A DNA stretch of 51,816 bases from positions 1 to 51,816 of IMG/VR virus record IMGVR_UViG_3300005827_000005. One strand, 5' to 3'. Origin of the DNA: a virus (Duplodnaviria > Caudoviricetes). The notes beneath the pieces were generated by a model, which was given only the letters and a program-made list of their open reading frames with translations, did not search any database and was not told the origin of the DNA. Shown one piece after another: positions 29,321 to 38,200 of the stretch (its first letter is position 1; every line of letters begins with the position of its first letter). The translations under genes and the position numbers were made by a program.

Positions 29321-29677
29321 ATGCAATTTAATAATGAAATGATCATAACAATAGTAGGCGCTGTGCTATCTGCATTAGCTCCTATCATTGGTTTGATTGT
29401 TTATTTTATTAAAAAAACATTTGAAAAAATTGATGAAAGCACACAAAAGAATTCTGAAAATATAAAAGCTGTCACCGATGCCTGTTCTATTTTAGCGATA
29501 AAAGTTGAAAACCTTGGTGATAAGTTTTTAAGTATGGAAAAAGACATAGATAAATCTTTGGCAGCTGTTGAAAAAACAATAAGATTAGCAACAGAAATTG
29601 AAGTATTAAAACGTGATCAAAAAACTATGTTTAAAAAATTGGATGTAATACAGGAGAAATTAGCAAATGGAAAATGA
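29321..29677 (+). CDS. Membrane-anchored coiled-coil protein (holin-like)
   Basis: One N-terminal TM segment followed by coiled coil. Confidence 0.55.
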   Translation: MQFNNEMIITIVGAVLSALAPIIGLIVYFIKKTFEKIDESTQKNSENIKAVTDACSILAIKVENLGDKFLSMEKDIDKSLAAVEKTIRLATEIEVLKRDQKTMFKKLDVIQEKLANGK

Positions 29678-29942
29678 TTTCATCAGTCAAATTTTAAATT
29701 CTGGAATGGTTGGAAAATTTATTGTTTTTGTTATTGCAATTCAATTAGTTTTATTTGCATTAGGTGAAGCTTTAACAAGAATATCAGAGTTTACAGAAAA
29801 TAAATGGGATAATGATATTGCTAAGAAAATTTCTATTTTTGCTTGGTATCTCGGTGTTATTATTTCTAAGTTCGGCTATAGCGTGCCAAAACTTATTCTA
29901 GAAGAAAAAGCTAAACAGCTAATTGAAAAACAAAAAAAATGA
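29667..29942 (+). CDS. Putative holin
   Basis: Two hydrophobic segments flanking TENKWDN; basic C-terminus. Confidence 0.6.
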   Translation: MENDFISQILNSGMVGKFIVFVIAIQLVLFALGEALTRISEFTENKWDNDIAKKISIFAWYLGVIISKFGYSVPKLILEEKAKQLIEKQKK

Positions 29943-30106
29943 AACCTGTTTCAACATACGAATTAATACTTGCTGTAATTCAACTGCTAAAATTGGCGGT
30001 TGATCTTTTTAATAATAAAGAAAAGGTGCAAGATGTTAAAACCACAGAAAAAACTTATCGTGATGATCATGATAATGTTATCAACGAATTCCTTGGCCGA
30101 AAATAA
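29939..30106 (+). CDS. Small protein, i-spanin-like position (55 aa, not in ORF track)
   Basis: MKPVSTYELILAVIQLLKLAVDLF...; ATGA overlap with holin; overlaps the next gene by 74 bp. Confidence 0.55.
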   Translation: MKPVSTYELILAVIQLLKLAVDLFNNKEKVQDVKTTEKTYRDDHDNVINEFLGRK

Positions 30107-30332
30107 TTTTTGTTTAAATGAAGATGAAAAGCAAAAAATTTCTCACTTAATTCAAGACAATAAATTTTGTAAACAAGATTTAGAGTTGTATAAAAAATTC
30201 ATAGAAGATGAAAAATTAAACAAAAAAGAATTCACTGAAGAACATCTAGCTTATTCAATTGCTGCTGGTTTATTTGTAGGTTATATTTTAACAAATCAAA
30301 TAAAACGAATTGAGAAGCGAAATGATCATTGA
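30033..30332 (+). CDS. Signal-peptide protein with coiled coil and C-terminal hydrophobic helix (spanin-like)
   Basis: KKLIVMIMIMLSTNSLA-E signal; AYSIAAGLFVGYIL; start refined from 30000. Confidence 0.55.
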   Translation: MLKPQKKLIVMIMIMLSTNSLAENNFCLNEDEKQKISHLIQDNKFCKQDLELYKKFIEDEKLNKKEFTEEHLAYSIAAGLFVGYILTNQIKRIEKRNDH

Positions 30333-30690
30333 AGCAACAAATGTCCATCGAGCATATGCAGCGAAATCTAAACCTTTAAATGCTGATTTTAACTCTCATG
30401 TAATTGATTTCCGTGACATGCCTATGGGTTCGATTCAATTTGTTTGGTCTGGAATAACAGGTGACATAACAGGCCAGTTTAAAATATACGCTTCTAACTT
30501 TCCAGAAATTTCTTCTTTTGATATTGATGGAACTGAAATCGATGGTTCAGCATTTACGATTCACAATCTAAATGGTTCTAGGATTTGGATTAGAGATAGG
30601 CTGGCATTTAGGTATGCTCTTATTCGATATGTTTGTAATACAACAATCGATGGTATAATTGATATTATAGCTATCGGGAAAAAATCATAA
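30322..30690 (+). CDS. Beta-rich hypothetical (jelly-roll-like, possibly virion) protein
   Basis: SIQFVWSG..G.FKIYASN...RYALIRY pattern; start refined from 30310. Confidence 0.6.
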   Translation: MIIEATNVHRAYAAKSKPLNADFNSHVIDFRDMPMGSIQFVWSGITGDITGQFKIYASNFPEISSFDIDGTEIDGSAFTIHNLNGSRIWIRDRLAFRYALIRYVCNTTIDGIIDIIAIGKKS

Positions 30691-31106
30691 TGGCAAAAGC
30701 AATCGAAAGCCCATCTACTCCTATTTATGCATCAAGTCCGCTTGATGTAAATATAACAAATACTGTAACAACTGATACTGTTGGGCACATGAAATTTGTT
30801 GAGGGAATTGCTGTTATAACTCCAAATACAGATGAAATTTTAATTGATGGAGCTAAACCATTAACTGGTTCTTGGAGAATTAGACGTGTTGAATTTACTT
30901 CTAGATCATATGCTAGTTTTGAATTTTATCACAACACTACAATAATTAAAAACGGTTTAACTTCTCCTATGGAAGCCAACGGTTCTATGCCAGTGGAACC
31001 TTGGGTTGAAGTATTACCAGCTGATAATTTAAAAGTTGTTTACAAACAAACAGACGGTATAGGTGTAACCGTAAGTGCTAGAATTTATTATACAGAACAT
31101 TTGTAA
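30690..31106 (+). CDS. Beta-rich hypothetical protein
   Basis: TAATG overlap; beta-strand composition. Confidence 0.65.
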   Translation: MAKAIESPSTPIYASSPLDVNITNTVTTDTVGHMKFVEGIAVITPNTDEILIDGAKPLTGSWRIRRVEFTSRSYASFEFYHNTTIIKNGLTSPMEANGSMPVEPWVEVLPADNLKVVYKQTDGIGVTVSARIYYTEHL

Positions 31107-31179
31107 TTATTTTTTAATCTAAACTATAATAACTTTATACCGAGAATCATAAAATAAATTCTAAACGAAAGGTTTAATT

Positions 31180-31728
31180 ATGTCTGATTTACGTACTAGT
31201 TTTATGATTTTAGAAGATTCATCTACGCAAGCCGGTGTTCCGTTACACAAAGTAGCTGAAGGTAACGCTGCTTCAGGAAAAAATGCATTAGCTGGTTTGG
31301 TTGCAAAAGATCCTGATGGAAATTTTGTTTACTTAAAAACAAATGCAGCTGGTCAATTAACTGTTGATCAATCTGCACAATCTGTTTGTAAAAAAGCAAA
31401 AGGTGAATTAGCGGCTGGTTCTGCGACTATTGCTTCTGTAACAGGTGCTACAATTACATTAACAGCAGATAAGTCATATGAAAACATTGGTTTCATTGTT
31501 TCATGTCGACGTGATGCATTGTTTCAAATTGTTCAGGTAGATGACGCAACAGAAACTATTTTAGGTGAAATTGTTGTTGGTTCTGGTGCTTATACTGTTT
31601 CAAGTCAATTGCATTGCTTGAGTTTTACTGCTGGTTCAACAGGTACACAAGAATTAAAAATAGTAGCTAAAAACTTTGAAGCGTTATCAAGTTTAAGAGC
31701 TTCTATTACTGTAGAAGAAATAATTTAA
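31180..31728 (+). CDS. Beta-rich hypothetical, probably structural protein
   Basis: GAAAGG RBS; A/G/T/V-rich. Confidence 0.7.
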   Translation: MSDLRTSFMILEDSSTQAGVPLHKVAEGNAASGKNALAGLVAKDPDGNFVYLKTNAAGQLTVDQSAQSVCKKAKGELAAGSATIASVTGATITLTADKSYENIGFIVSCRRDALFQIVQVDDATETILGEIVVGSGAYTVSSQLHCLSFTAGSTGTQELKIVAKNFEALSSLRASITVEEII

Positions 31729-31743
31729 TTGTAGGTTTAATTT

Positions 31744-32073
31744 ATGACTGATTCAAGACCGGAATTTGAAATAGTAGATAGTGAAGGAACAACAATACAT
31801 ATTAGCGGAACATCTGCTAATACAAATGCGTTCAATGTTCCAACTTCTCCTACTACAAAAATATCTAGTTTTTTATTAGTCGCTGATCCTGAAAATTTAC
31901 CAGTGCCAACCGCTAAGATAGAAATATCATTAGACGGTGGCACAAATTGGTATCCTGTTTTTAGTGGTGGTAATTTATGTTGGACTATAAAAGGCGATGT
32001 AAAGCAGATAAAATTAAAAGCTAGTCATGTTGGTTTAAAATATTATGGTTTAATGAACTTGGAGGCATATTAA
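31744..32073 (+). CDS. Small beta-sandwich hypothetical protein
   Basis: IEISLDGGTNW motif. Confidence 0.65.
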   Translation: MTDSRPEFEIVDSEGTTIHISGTSANTNAFNVPTSPTTKISSFLLVADPENLPVPTAKIEISLDGGTNWYPVFSGGNLCWTIKGDVKQIKLKASHVGLKYYGLMNLEAY

Positions 32074-32636
32074 TGAATGGTAGCGCTGCCTCGGCATTAA
32101 AAGGTTTAATGAAAATATTAGGAGCAACAACTAGCACAGAAATTGGTAACGTTGGAGATTCTTTAAAAGTAAGTGCTAATATTTCTAATAATGATTTTGT
32201 AAAATCTTGGAACAAAAAACTAAGATATCAAGATATGAATTCAAGTACTAATGGTATTGCTAGAAATACATCCCTGTCCGGAGGAACTTGGACACAAATT
32301 TTTCAATATGCTGGTTCTGGTTTTTTGTCTGGAATGATAATAAATATTGAGACTTTTGCCACAGGGTGGTCTTTTAGATTGACTGTAGATGATGAAGTTC
32401 TATTTACATTGCCTGATGGTGATTTAGCAAACGATACGTTATATGATGTTGACGATGTTACAGATTTTAACCAAGGTTTTTTAGGGATATCAAAAGGTTC
32501 GCATGATAGATTTATTTGGCACCCACCTTTATTTTCACCACTTTATTACGGTTCATCTGTTAAAGTTGAAATAAAAAAAGATGGTGGTGCAAAAAAATTT
32601 CAAGCTGGATTAATAATTTTAAGCAAGGAAACATAA
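32073..32636 (+). CDS. Beta-rich hypothetical, possibly fiber-like protein
   Basis: IGNVGDSLKV stalk-like N-terminus followed by a beta domain; GGAGG RBS. Confidence 0.65.
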   Translation: MNGSAASALKGLMKILGATTSTEIGNVGDSLKVSANISNNDFVKSWNKKLRYQDMNSSTNGIARNTSLSGGTWTQIFQYAGSGFLSGMIINIETFATGWSFRLTVDDEVLFTLPDGDLANDTLYDVDDVTDFNQGFLGISKGSHDRFIWHPPLFSPLYYGSSVKVEIKKDGGAKKFQAGLIILSKET

Positions 32637-32638
32637 TT

Positions 32639-33061
32639 ATGGCTGGTTTAGAATTAAAAAGACTATCTGACTTTGATGCATACAAAGTAAATCTAAGAGT
32701 TTTTCATATTTCTGGTTTAGCTGTAGCACAACAGATAACTAATATAGACTATAAATTAACTGAAGAAAGATTAATTTACGGTGGTTTTGCTATTCTAAAA
32801 GGTCACAATATTGATGATGTTATTAAATATCAAGTTGTTGATGTTGATAATATTTTAGGTTTTGGTTCAAATGTTGTTCTTAATGAGTTTATTGATATTG
32901 CTGTTTGTGAAGATTCTCAAAAACAAGAAACAATCATGTGCGGATATCCTTCTAAAGTTCCAGCTGGCTTATATATAAGAATAGTTTACAATTCAACAGG
33001 TCAGCAAGACGTAAAAGTAAAAGCAAATATTCTAGCTGTTAAAAATATTACAGGCGAGTGA
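32639..33061 (+). CDS. Beta-rich hypothetical protein
   Basis: QVVDVDNILG, VPAGLYIRIVY. Confidence 0.65.
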   Translation: MAGLELKRLSDFDAYKVNLRVFHISGLAVAQQITNIDYKLTEERLIYGGFAILKGHNIDDVIKYQVVDVDNILGFGSNVVLNEFIDIAVCEDSQKQETIMCGYPSKVPAGLYIRIVYNSTGQQDVKVKANILAVKNITGE

Positions 33062-33621
33062 GGTTATCAATGATATTTATCTTTTCTACATCAAATAAAT
33101 TATCTAGCAGATTGATACGATGGGGTTTAAATTCCAAGGTATCACATTTTGCAATTGGAGAGGCTAATATTTGTGATGCATATGTTATAGATTCGACTTT
33201 TAAAACAGGTGTTGAGTTGCAACAATTGCATAACTTCAGATATGATTCAAAGATTGTTTATATGTTTGAAATAAAAACTATCGATTCTAGAAAATCCCAA
33301 GAATTGTTTGACAGATTATATTTATCGTTAAAAAATAAAAACTATGATCGAAAAGCGATAGCTTTTTTAAGTATCGTTATTTTGTTTTGCAGAAAACTAT
33401 TTAGAAGAGAACTCCCAATTGAAAACAAATGGGCTGATAAGAATGATTATTATTGCACAGAAGTAGCGTTGGAAATTAAAGATGAACTTAAGTTGTATGG
33501 TGGCATAGAAATAAAAGAAAGTCAAATGCTCACAACTGATATTTTATTAAAAAAATTTAAAGATCAAATTCTACTAGGTAATAAAGACGTTATTGAAATA
33601 AGTCTGGGCGGTAAAAAATGA
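33058..33621 (+). CDS. Permuted papain-like (YaeF/YiiX-type NlpC/P60) enzyme
   Basis: LIRW...SHFAI (His), KNYD, YYCTE (Cys), with His before Cys. Confidence 0.75.
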   Translation: MRLSMIFIFSTSNKLSSRLIRWGLNSKVSHFAIGEANICDAYVIDSTFKTGVELQQLHNFRYDSKIVYMFEIKTIDSRKSQELFDRLYLSLKNKNYDRKAIAFLSIVILFCRKLFRRELPIENKWADKNDYYCTEVALEIKDELKLYGGIEIKESQMLTTDILLKKFKDQILLGNKDVIEISLGGKK

Positions 33622-34094
33622 GTAATTTTGACGAACTTATTAAAGCAAAATCGCAAATATATAAACTCGATTGGTTATTGATAAAGTCTGTTTGCATAAA
33701 AGAATCAAATATGGACAATTGGGCAAGTCGCTATGAACCGATGTTTAAAAATACATTGGATTCTATGCTATATGCTAGATCAAATAATGTATCTCGTGAC
33801 ACGGAATTTACTCAACAAAAAACAAGTTGGGGGTTGATGCAAGTCATGGGCGCTGTTGCTCGTGAATGTGGCCACAAAGACAAGCTTACTAAGTTACTAA
33901 TACCTGAAATCGGTTTGGATATCGGCTGCAAAAAGTTATCGACTTTGATAAAAAAACATGCTGATTTGAGAACAGCACTAGCTGCTTACAATTCTGGCAG
34001 TGGAAACATTTTTGCTGGAATGGGTTATGCGAATTCTATTTTAGAAATTTACGACAAATTGAAAAAAGATATTGATAAGCAATTGAATGTTTAG
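33618..34094 (+). CDS. Endolysin, SLT lytic transglycosylase
   Basis: KES catalytic Glu, SWGLMQV, AAYNSG. Confidence 0.9.
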   Translation: MSNFDELIKAKSQIYKLDWLLIKSVCIKESNMDNWASRYEPMFKNTLDSMLYARSNNVSRDTEFTQQKTSWGLMQVMGAVARECGHKDKLTKLLIPEIGLDIGCKKLSTLIKKHADLRTALAAYNSGSGNIFAGMGYANSILEIYDKLKKDIDKQLNV

Positions 34095-34144
34095 TATATT
34101 TTATTTGTCTAGGGTTGGTTACAAGACCGAGATAAAAAATAAAG

Positions 34145-34531
34145 CTAGGATAATTCTTTGGGATATTGTTCTAGCTTTATTTTTATTTTTCCTAAAAAAT
34201 AATCATTAAAAAAAATACCAATTAATAAATCTTCTTTGTTGATAAGCTTGATTATTACATTACTACTTTTGCTTTTAAGTGTGTAATAATATTCATGAAA
34301 TTCTAGTTTAGTCGAACCTTCATATGTTGTTTTTTCACCGGTAAAATCGTTGTTTAAAATTAATTCAATCCGATCTTTTTCATAATCAAAAATAACGTGT
34401 GAATCTGAAACTACTGGCATTCTTTTGGGTTGAATAAAATTTACTTTTGTTGGGCAGAATCTATAAATTGTTTTCGCAGATTTCATTTCTAATTTTTGGA
34501 CTTTGCAAAACTGTTGTTGAATCATCGTCAA
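34145..34531 (-). CDS. Hypothetical beta-rich protein (paralog of 34884-35213)
   Basis: PTKV...SHVIFD...IELILNND...YEGS aligns by eye with its neighbour; true start may be 34486. Confidence 0.6.
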   Translation of the reverse strand: MTMIQQQFCKVQKLEMKSAKTIYRFCPTKVNFIQPKRMPVVSDSHVIFDYEKDRIELILNNDFTGEKTTYEGSTKLEFHEYYYTLKSKSSNVIIKLINKEDLLIGIFFNDYFLGKIKIKLEQYPKELS

Positions 34532-34703
34532 ATCTCACTAAACAATTTTTATTATAATCGCATTTTCCTACATTAACAATTAATTTGCATTTTTTATAGA
34601 CATCTTTTTTCATATGGTTTGAATAATCACGTGAGACATATAAAAATAAAAATAAAAAGCATAATATAAATATAATATCAATATCAATATTCCTGTTCTT
34701 CAT
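34461..34703 (-). CDS. Small membrane protein
   Basis: N-terminal TM segment and Cys-containing domain. Confidence 0.6.
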   Translation of the reverse strand: MKNRNIDIDIIFILCFLFLFLYVSRDYSNHMKKDVYKKCKLIVNVGKCDYNKNCLVRFDDDSTTVLQSPKIRNEICENNL

Positions 34704-34887
34704 CGTTTTTCTTATCTTCTAATGTATTTTGTTTAATTATATCATGGAGATATTTGGCATCTATTGCGCTTAGTTTATCGTTGTTTGCTTTAAATTGCAA
34801 ATTAAATCTAAATCTTTCTGTAAAAACCTTTTTACCTTCATCTATCCAAGCGCTAGATTGAACCTGTTTTGGTTTATTGAAAATCAT
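34684..34887 (-). CDS. Hypothetical protein
   Basis: GAGG RBS; ATGA overlap. Confidence 0.6.
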   Translation of the reverse strand: MIFNKPKQVQSSAWIDEGKKVFTERFRFNLQFKANNDKLSAIDAKYLHDIIKQNTLEDKKNDEEQEY

Positions 34888-35213
34888 TTTTTAACCTCTA
34901 TTTTATTTGAAATAATTATATTTATTTTACAAAATGAACCATCGTAAAATCCTTCACCGTAGCATTTATTATTATCGACAATTAAATTGAATTTGTTTTT
35001 ATTTTTAGAAATAAGTTTTGTTTTTTTTGTTAATAAATCAAAACTACCAGAAAAATTCTCAACATATTTTTTATTATCATTGAATATTTGTATAAAAATA
35101 AAATCTTCATCAATTAATAAATGGCAATATGCTAGAAATTCTTTATTTTTAAGTACCATACAATTTTTACAAAACCAAGATTGTTGGACTTTAGTTGGCC
35201 GAACTTCCTTCAT
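34884..35213 (-). CDS. Hypothetical beta-rich protein (paralog of 34145-34531)
   Basis: PTKV...CHLLID...IFIQIFND...FSGS. Confidence 0.65.
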   Translation of the reverse strand: MKEVRPTKVQQSWFCKNCMVLKNKEFLAYCHLLIDEDFIFIQIFNDNKKYVENFSGSFDLLTKKTKLISKNKNKFNLIVDNNKCYGEGFYDGSFCKINIIISNKIEVKK

Positions 35214-35496
35214 TTAACACCTTTTTTATAGTATTATCGTCAATAAATAAATTCTCTAAAACTTCTTTTACTTGATCGCATGTAAAGAATCTATTTTTTG
35301 TTGTTGGTGGGTTATTCCAGTGTTTGATAGCTTCATCTCTATCATCGTACCCAGATGTACCGTACGGCTGCACAACACATTCACTATTTTGACATACAAC
35401 AAAACTTTTTCCTAGCTTAGGTTCTCGAACAGTACAAGGTTCTTTTCCGCACCATGGACACCTTCTCATTTTACTAAATATATTTATATTATCCAA
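35191..35496 (-). CDS. Lar-family restriction alleviation-like Zn-ribbon protein
   Basis: CPWCG...VVCQNSEC...EAIKHWN signature. Confidence 0.75.
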   Translation of the reverse strand: MDNINIFSKMRRCPWCGKEPCTVREPKLGKSFVVCQNSECVVQPYGTSGYDDRDEAIKHWNNPPTTKNRFFTCDQVKEVLENLFIDDNTIKKVLNEGSSAN

Positions 35497-35510
35497 GATG
35501 AACCACCTTT

Positions 35511-35828
35511 TTACATTTTTTTTATATTTTCAGCTTTTATTTGATAAGTATTAACATCAATACCTTCTTTTGATTTATATTTAGTTCCTTCTATTGTTCC
35601 TTCAACTAAAACCATTGTTCCTTTTCTTAAGTTTTCGCAAGAGTAATCAGCTAACGAACCCCAACAAATTACATTATGCCAAGTCGTTATTTCTTGAAAA
35701 TTTCCTGATGAGTGTTTTTGTTTTATTGTTGTTGCTAGTTTTAAATTTGCAACAGATGTATTATTTGTAGTAACTCTTTTTTCTACATCTTTTCCCAATC
35801 TTCCTATTAATATTACTCTATTCAACAT
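35511..35828 (-). CDS. ssb: Single-stranded DNA-binding protein (no acidic tail)
   Basis: MLNRVILIGRLGKD, TTWHNVICWG, LRKG.MVLVEG. Confidence 0.93.
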   Translation of the reverse strand: MLNRVILIGRLGKDVEKRVTTNNTSVANLKLATTIKQKHSSGNFQEITTWHNVICWGSLADYSCENLRKGTMVLVEGTIEGTKYKSKEGIDVNTYQIKAENIKKM

Positions 35829-35895
35829 TTTATTGCATATCCTTTTTATTTATATTATAGATTTGTATCTTTAACATGTTTGGGAGAAAAAACAA

Positions 35896-36408
35896 ATGGA
35901 AAAGAAAAATAATTTATATGAGTTATTGGATATTTTAAATAAGAGTGAAGAATCAGATGATGTTTTAACAAACGAAGATTACATAAGAATAGTCGGTGAC
36001 TTGAAAGAAAAAGTTGATGCGATAAAAGACTTTTTCAGCCGTTGTGATGCTGAAGCAGATAGATTAAAAAATGACTATATCAAACCGATTCAAACGAGAA
36101 TAAAACAAATTGAGAAACAAAAAGAATCTTTTAATAAATGGATAACAGCAACAATGAAACAATATGATATGCCGCTAATTCATGGTGATTTATTCACGTT
36201 GCGATTGGAGGAACGATCTGATATTGAGATAGATGAGGTAGATATAACACCTACGTTTTATCTTGAATATAAAGACATGATAAAAAGGTCTTATGCTTGG
36301 GATAGAAATGAAGTAAAAAGACTCTTTAAATCAGGTAAAGACTTTCCATTTTGCAGAGAAATTACAAAAAATAATATAAAGTTTACAGTTATTAAGAAAG
36401 GAAAATAA
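35896..36408 (+). CDS. Siphovirus gp157-like protein
   Basis: LYEL N-terminus, KVDAI coiled coil, DRNEVKRLFKSG; upstream of the annealase. Confidence 0.7.
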   Translation: MEKKNNLYELLDILNKSEESDDVLTNEDYIRIVGDLKEKVDAIKDFFSRCDAEADRLKNDYIKPIQTRIKQIEKQKESFNKWITATMKQYDMPLIHGDLFTLRLEERSDIEIDEVDITPTFYLEYKDMIKRSYAWDRNEVKRLFKSGKDFPFCREITKNNIKFTVIKKGK

Positions 36409-36411
36409 CAC

Positions 36412-37851
36412 ATGTCAGAAGTAGCATTAGTTGAACGTCAAAAGAAGGAATTAGAATCTATTGTAAATACAGTAGTCATGCAACAACCGAGCTTGAAAGA
36501 TAAGCTGACAGTTCCAATAATTTGGAATTACATGCAAATGCCTGATTCTACATTTGGTTGGAATGCTGGCGGTGAAATGCCAAAGCACATGAAAGTTGCA
36601 TTAGTCGCTGCACATTTACAACATGGTGCTCAATTAGGATTTGGTCACATTTATTACTTAGGTAATAAAATGTATCAATCGGCTGAATTCGTAAGATCAA
36701 AAGCGGCAAATGATCCCGAATGGAAAGTTGTAGGAAACCCTACATTTAAACCTCATACTGTTGAAGAAAGATTAATGTACGGTTTAACTGAAGGTGATAT
36801 GTCATGTAAAGTTGAATGTGAAGTCGAGTACAAAGGAAAGAAGTTCTTAGCAAGTGGTGATGGTTTTATAGGTAAAGACGAGATAAATTATCGTTCAAGC
36901 GGTGGTAAGTCAAAAGCTGGAATGGATACAATTAAAAATAGAGCGATGACTTTAAAGACTCGAGCGATGAGAGATTTATACAATAGATACTATCCAACTC
37001 AAGGACTGCCGGTAGCACCAGAACACGGTGAAGATACGCCTGAATATCAAGATGCTCAATATGTTGAGCAAGTCAAGATTGTAAACGAAACATCAACAGA
37101 AGAAGCAAGAAGTGAGTATAGAGAAAAAATAAAATCAACTCAAGAAGATTCTGCGAAAAAAGAAGAAAAGAAAAAACTTCTCGAATTATTAGAGAAGATA
37201 AAAGAAGCTGCTAAAGCAAATGGTGTATCAAGCAAAGATTTGTGGGCTAGTGTTAATTGCAAAACACAAGCTGAATTCACAGCAATGCCTAACGAAACGA
37301 TAGCTGATTCGCTTGAAATAATGTCAGAATTTATTACTACAAAAGCAAAACCTGACACATTTGATGCTGAAGTTGTAACGGAGCAAAAAGAAATAAAAAA
37401 AGAAAAACCGAGTGAAGATAAAAAGCTATTAACAGCTGCATTGAAAATGTACGAAACGACAATAGGTAGCGTTCAAGGGATGGGTGGTTTACCTATGAAA
37501 ATTCTAGGTTTTAATCATATGAATGTTTTTGATTGGGATGATGTAAAAGCTATCCAAACTGAAACTAAAAGACTTGAAAAATGGATTGGCGAAAAAGTAA
37601 GAGAGTTAGCAGAAAAAGACCCATTTTCTGAAACTGTACTATCGATTGAACAAGATGAAGTTTCACTAAAGCAATTAAAAGCATTGCTTGAAAATCCTAA
37701 ATTGACAGATGATGGCGTTAAGATAAGATTACAATCACTATTAAAATGTAAATTAGTAGCTGGTGATCATGAATTAATTTTGAATGCAGCTAGGGTTGGT
37801 CAAATAGATAAAAATTATTCAGGTTTAGATAAGTTGATTAGCAGAAAGTAA
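36412..37851 (+). CDS. RecT/Red-beta-like single-strand annealing protein with long C-terminal extension
   Basis: G..HIYY...KMY...A and MTLKTRAMRDLY...YP motifs; gp157/SSB context. Confidence 0.6.
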   Translation: MSEVALVERQKKELESIVNTVVMQQPSLKDKLTVPIIWNYMQMPDSTFGWNAGGEMPKHMKVALVAAHLQHGAQLGFGHIYYLGNKMYQSAEFVRSKAANDPEWKVVGNPTFKPHTVEERLMYGLTEGDMSCKVECEVEYKGKKFLASGDGFIGKDEINYRSSGGKSKAGMDTIKNRAMTLKTRAMRDLYNRYYPTQGLPVAPEHGEDTPEYQDAQYVEQVKIVNETSTEEARSEYREKIKSTQEDSAKKEEKKKLLELLEKIKEAAKANGVSSKDLWASVNCKTQAEFTAMPNETIADSLEIMSEFITTKAKPDTFDAEVVTEQKEIKKEKPSEDKKLLTAALKMYETTIGSVQGMGGLPMKILGFNHMNVFDWDDVKAIQTETKRLEKWIGEKVRELAEKDPFSETVLSIEQDEVSLKQLKALLENPKLTDDGVKIRLQSLLKCKLVAGDHELILNAARVGQIDKNYSGLDKLISRK

Positions 37852-37858
37852 ATAATTT

Positions 37859-37884
37859 AGCCTAGAGTAATCTAGGCTTTTTTT
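37859..37884 (+). terminator. Rho-independent terminator between convergent genes
   Basis: AGCCTAGA/TCTAGGCT stem followed by a T run. Confidence 0.8.
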
Positions 37885-38086
37885 ATACTTTTTTTGGTGT
37901 ATTGTAATTTTTAATAAAACTATCTGCTTCTGATTTTAATACAAAATACTTATCTCGATAAATAATAGATGATTTAAATTTTGTTTTTGTTTTAATCCAA
38001 TAATGCACATTATTGATTGATACCCCTGTTTTTTCTGCTATTTCCTTCACATTATAATATTCATTTTCATCGAATGTTTTGCTCAT
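37883..38086 (-). CDS. Excisionase/MerR-like HTH protein
   Basis: YYNVKEIAEKTGVSINNVHYWIK. Confidence 0.75.
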   Translation of the reverse strand: MSKTFDENEYYNVKEIAEKTGVSINNVHYWIKTKTKFKSSIIYRDKYFVLKSEADSFIKNYNTPKKV

Positions 38087-38138
38087 TTAAAAACCTTTTT
38101 AAAATTCTAATTAATTTAGATATACAATAGTTTATTGT

Positions 38139-38169
38139 TGTTTACAAGCATTAGTTTGTTTGTTATATT
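38139..38169 (+). promoter_or_regulatory. Putative promoter for the helicase operon
   Basis: TTTACA-17 bp-TATATT with extended -10 TG. Confidence 0.5.
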
Positions 38170-38200
38170 TTGTAGAATTTAAAGCGGTGAAAATAATAAA

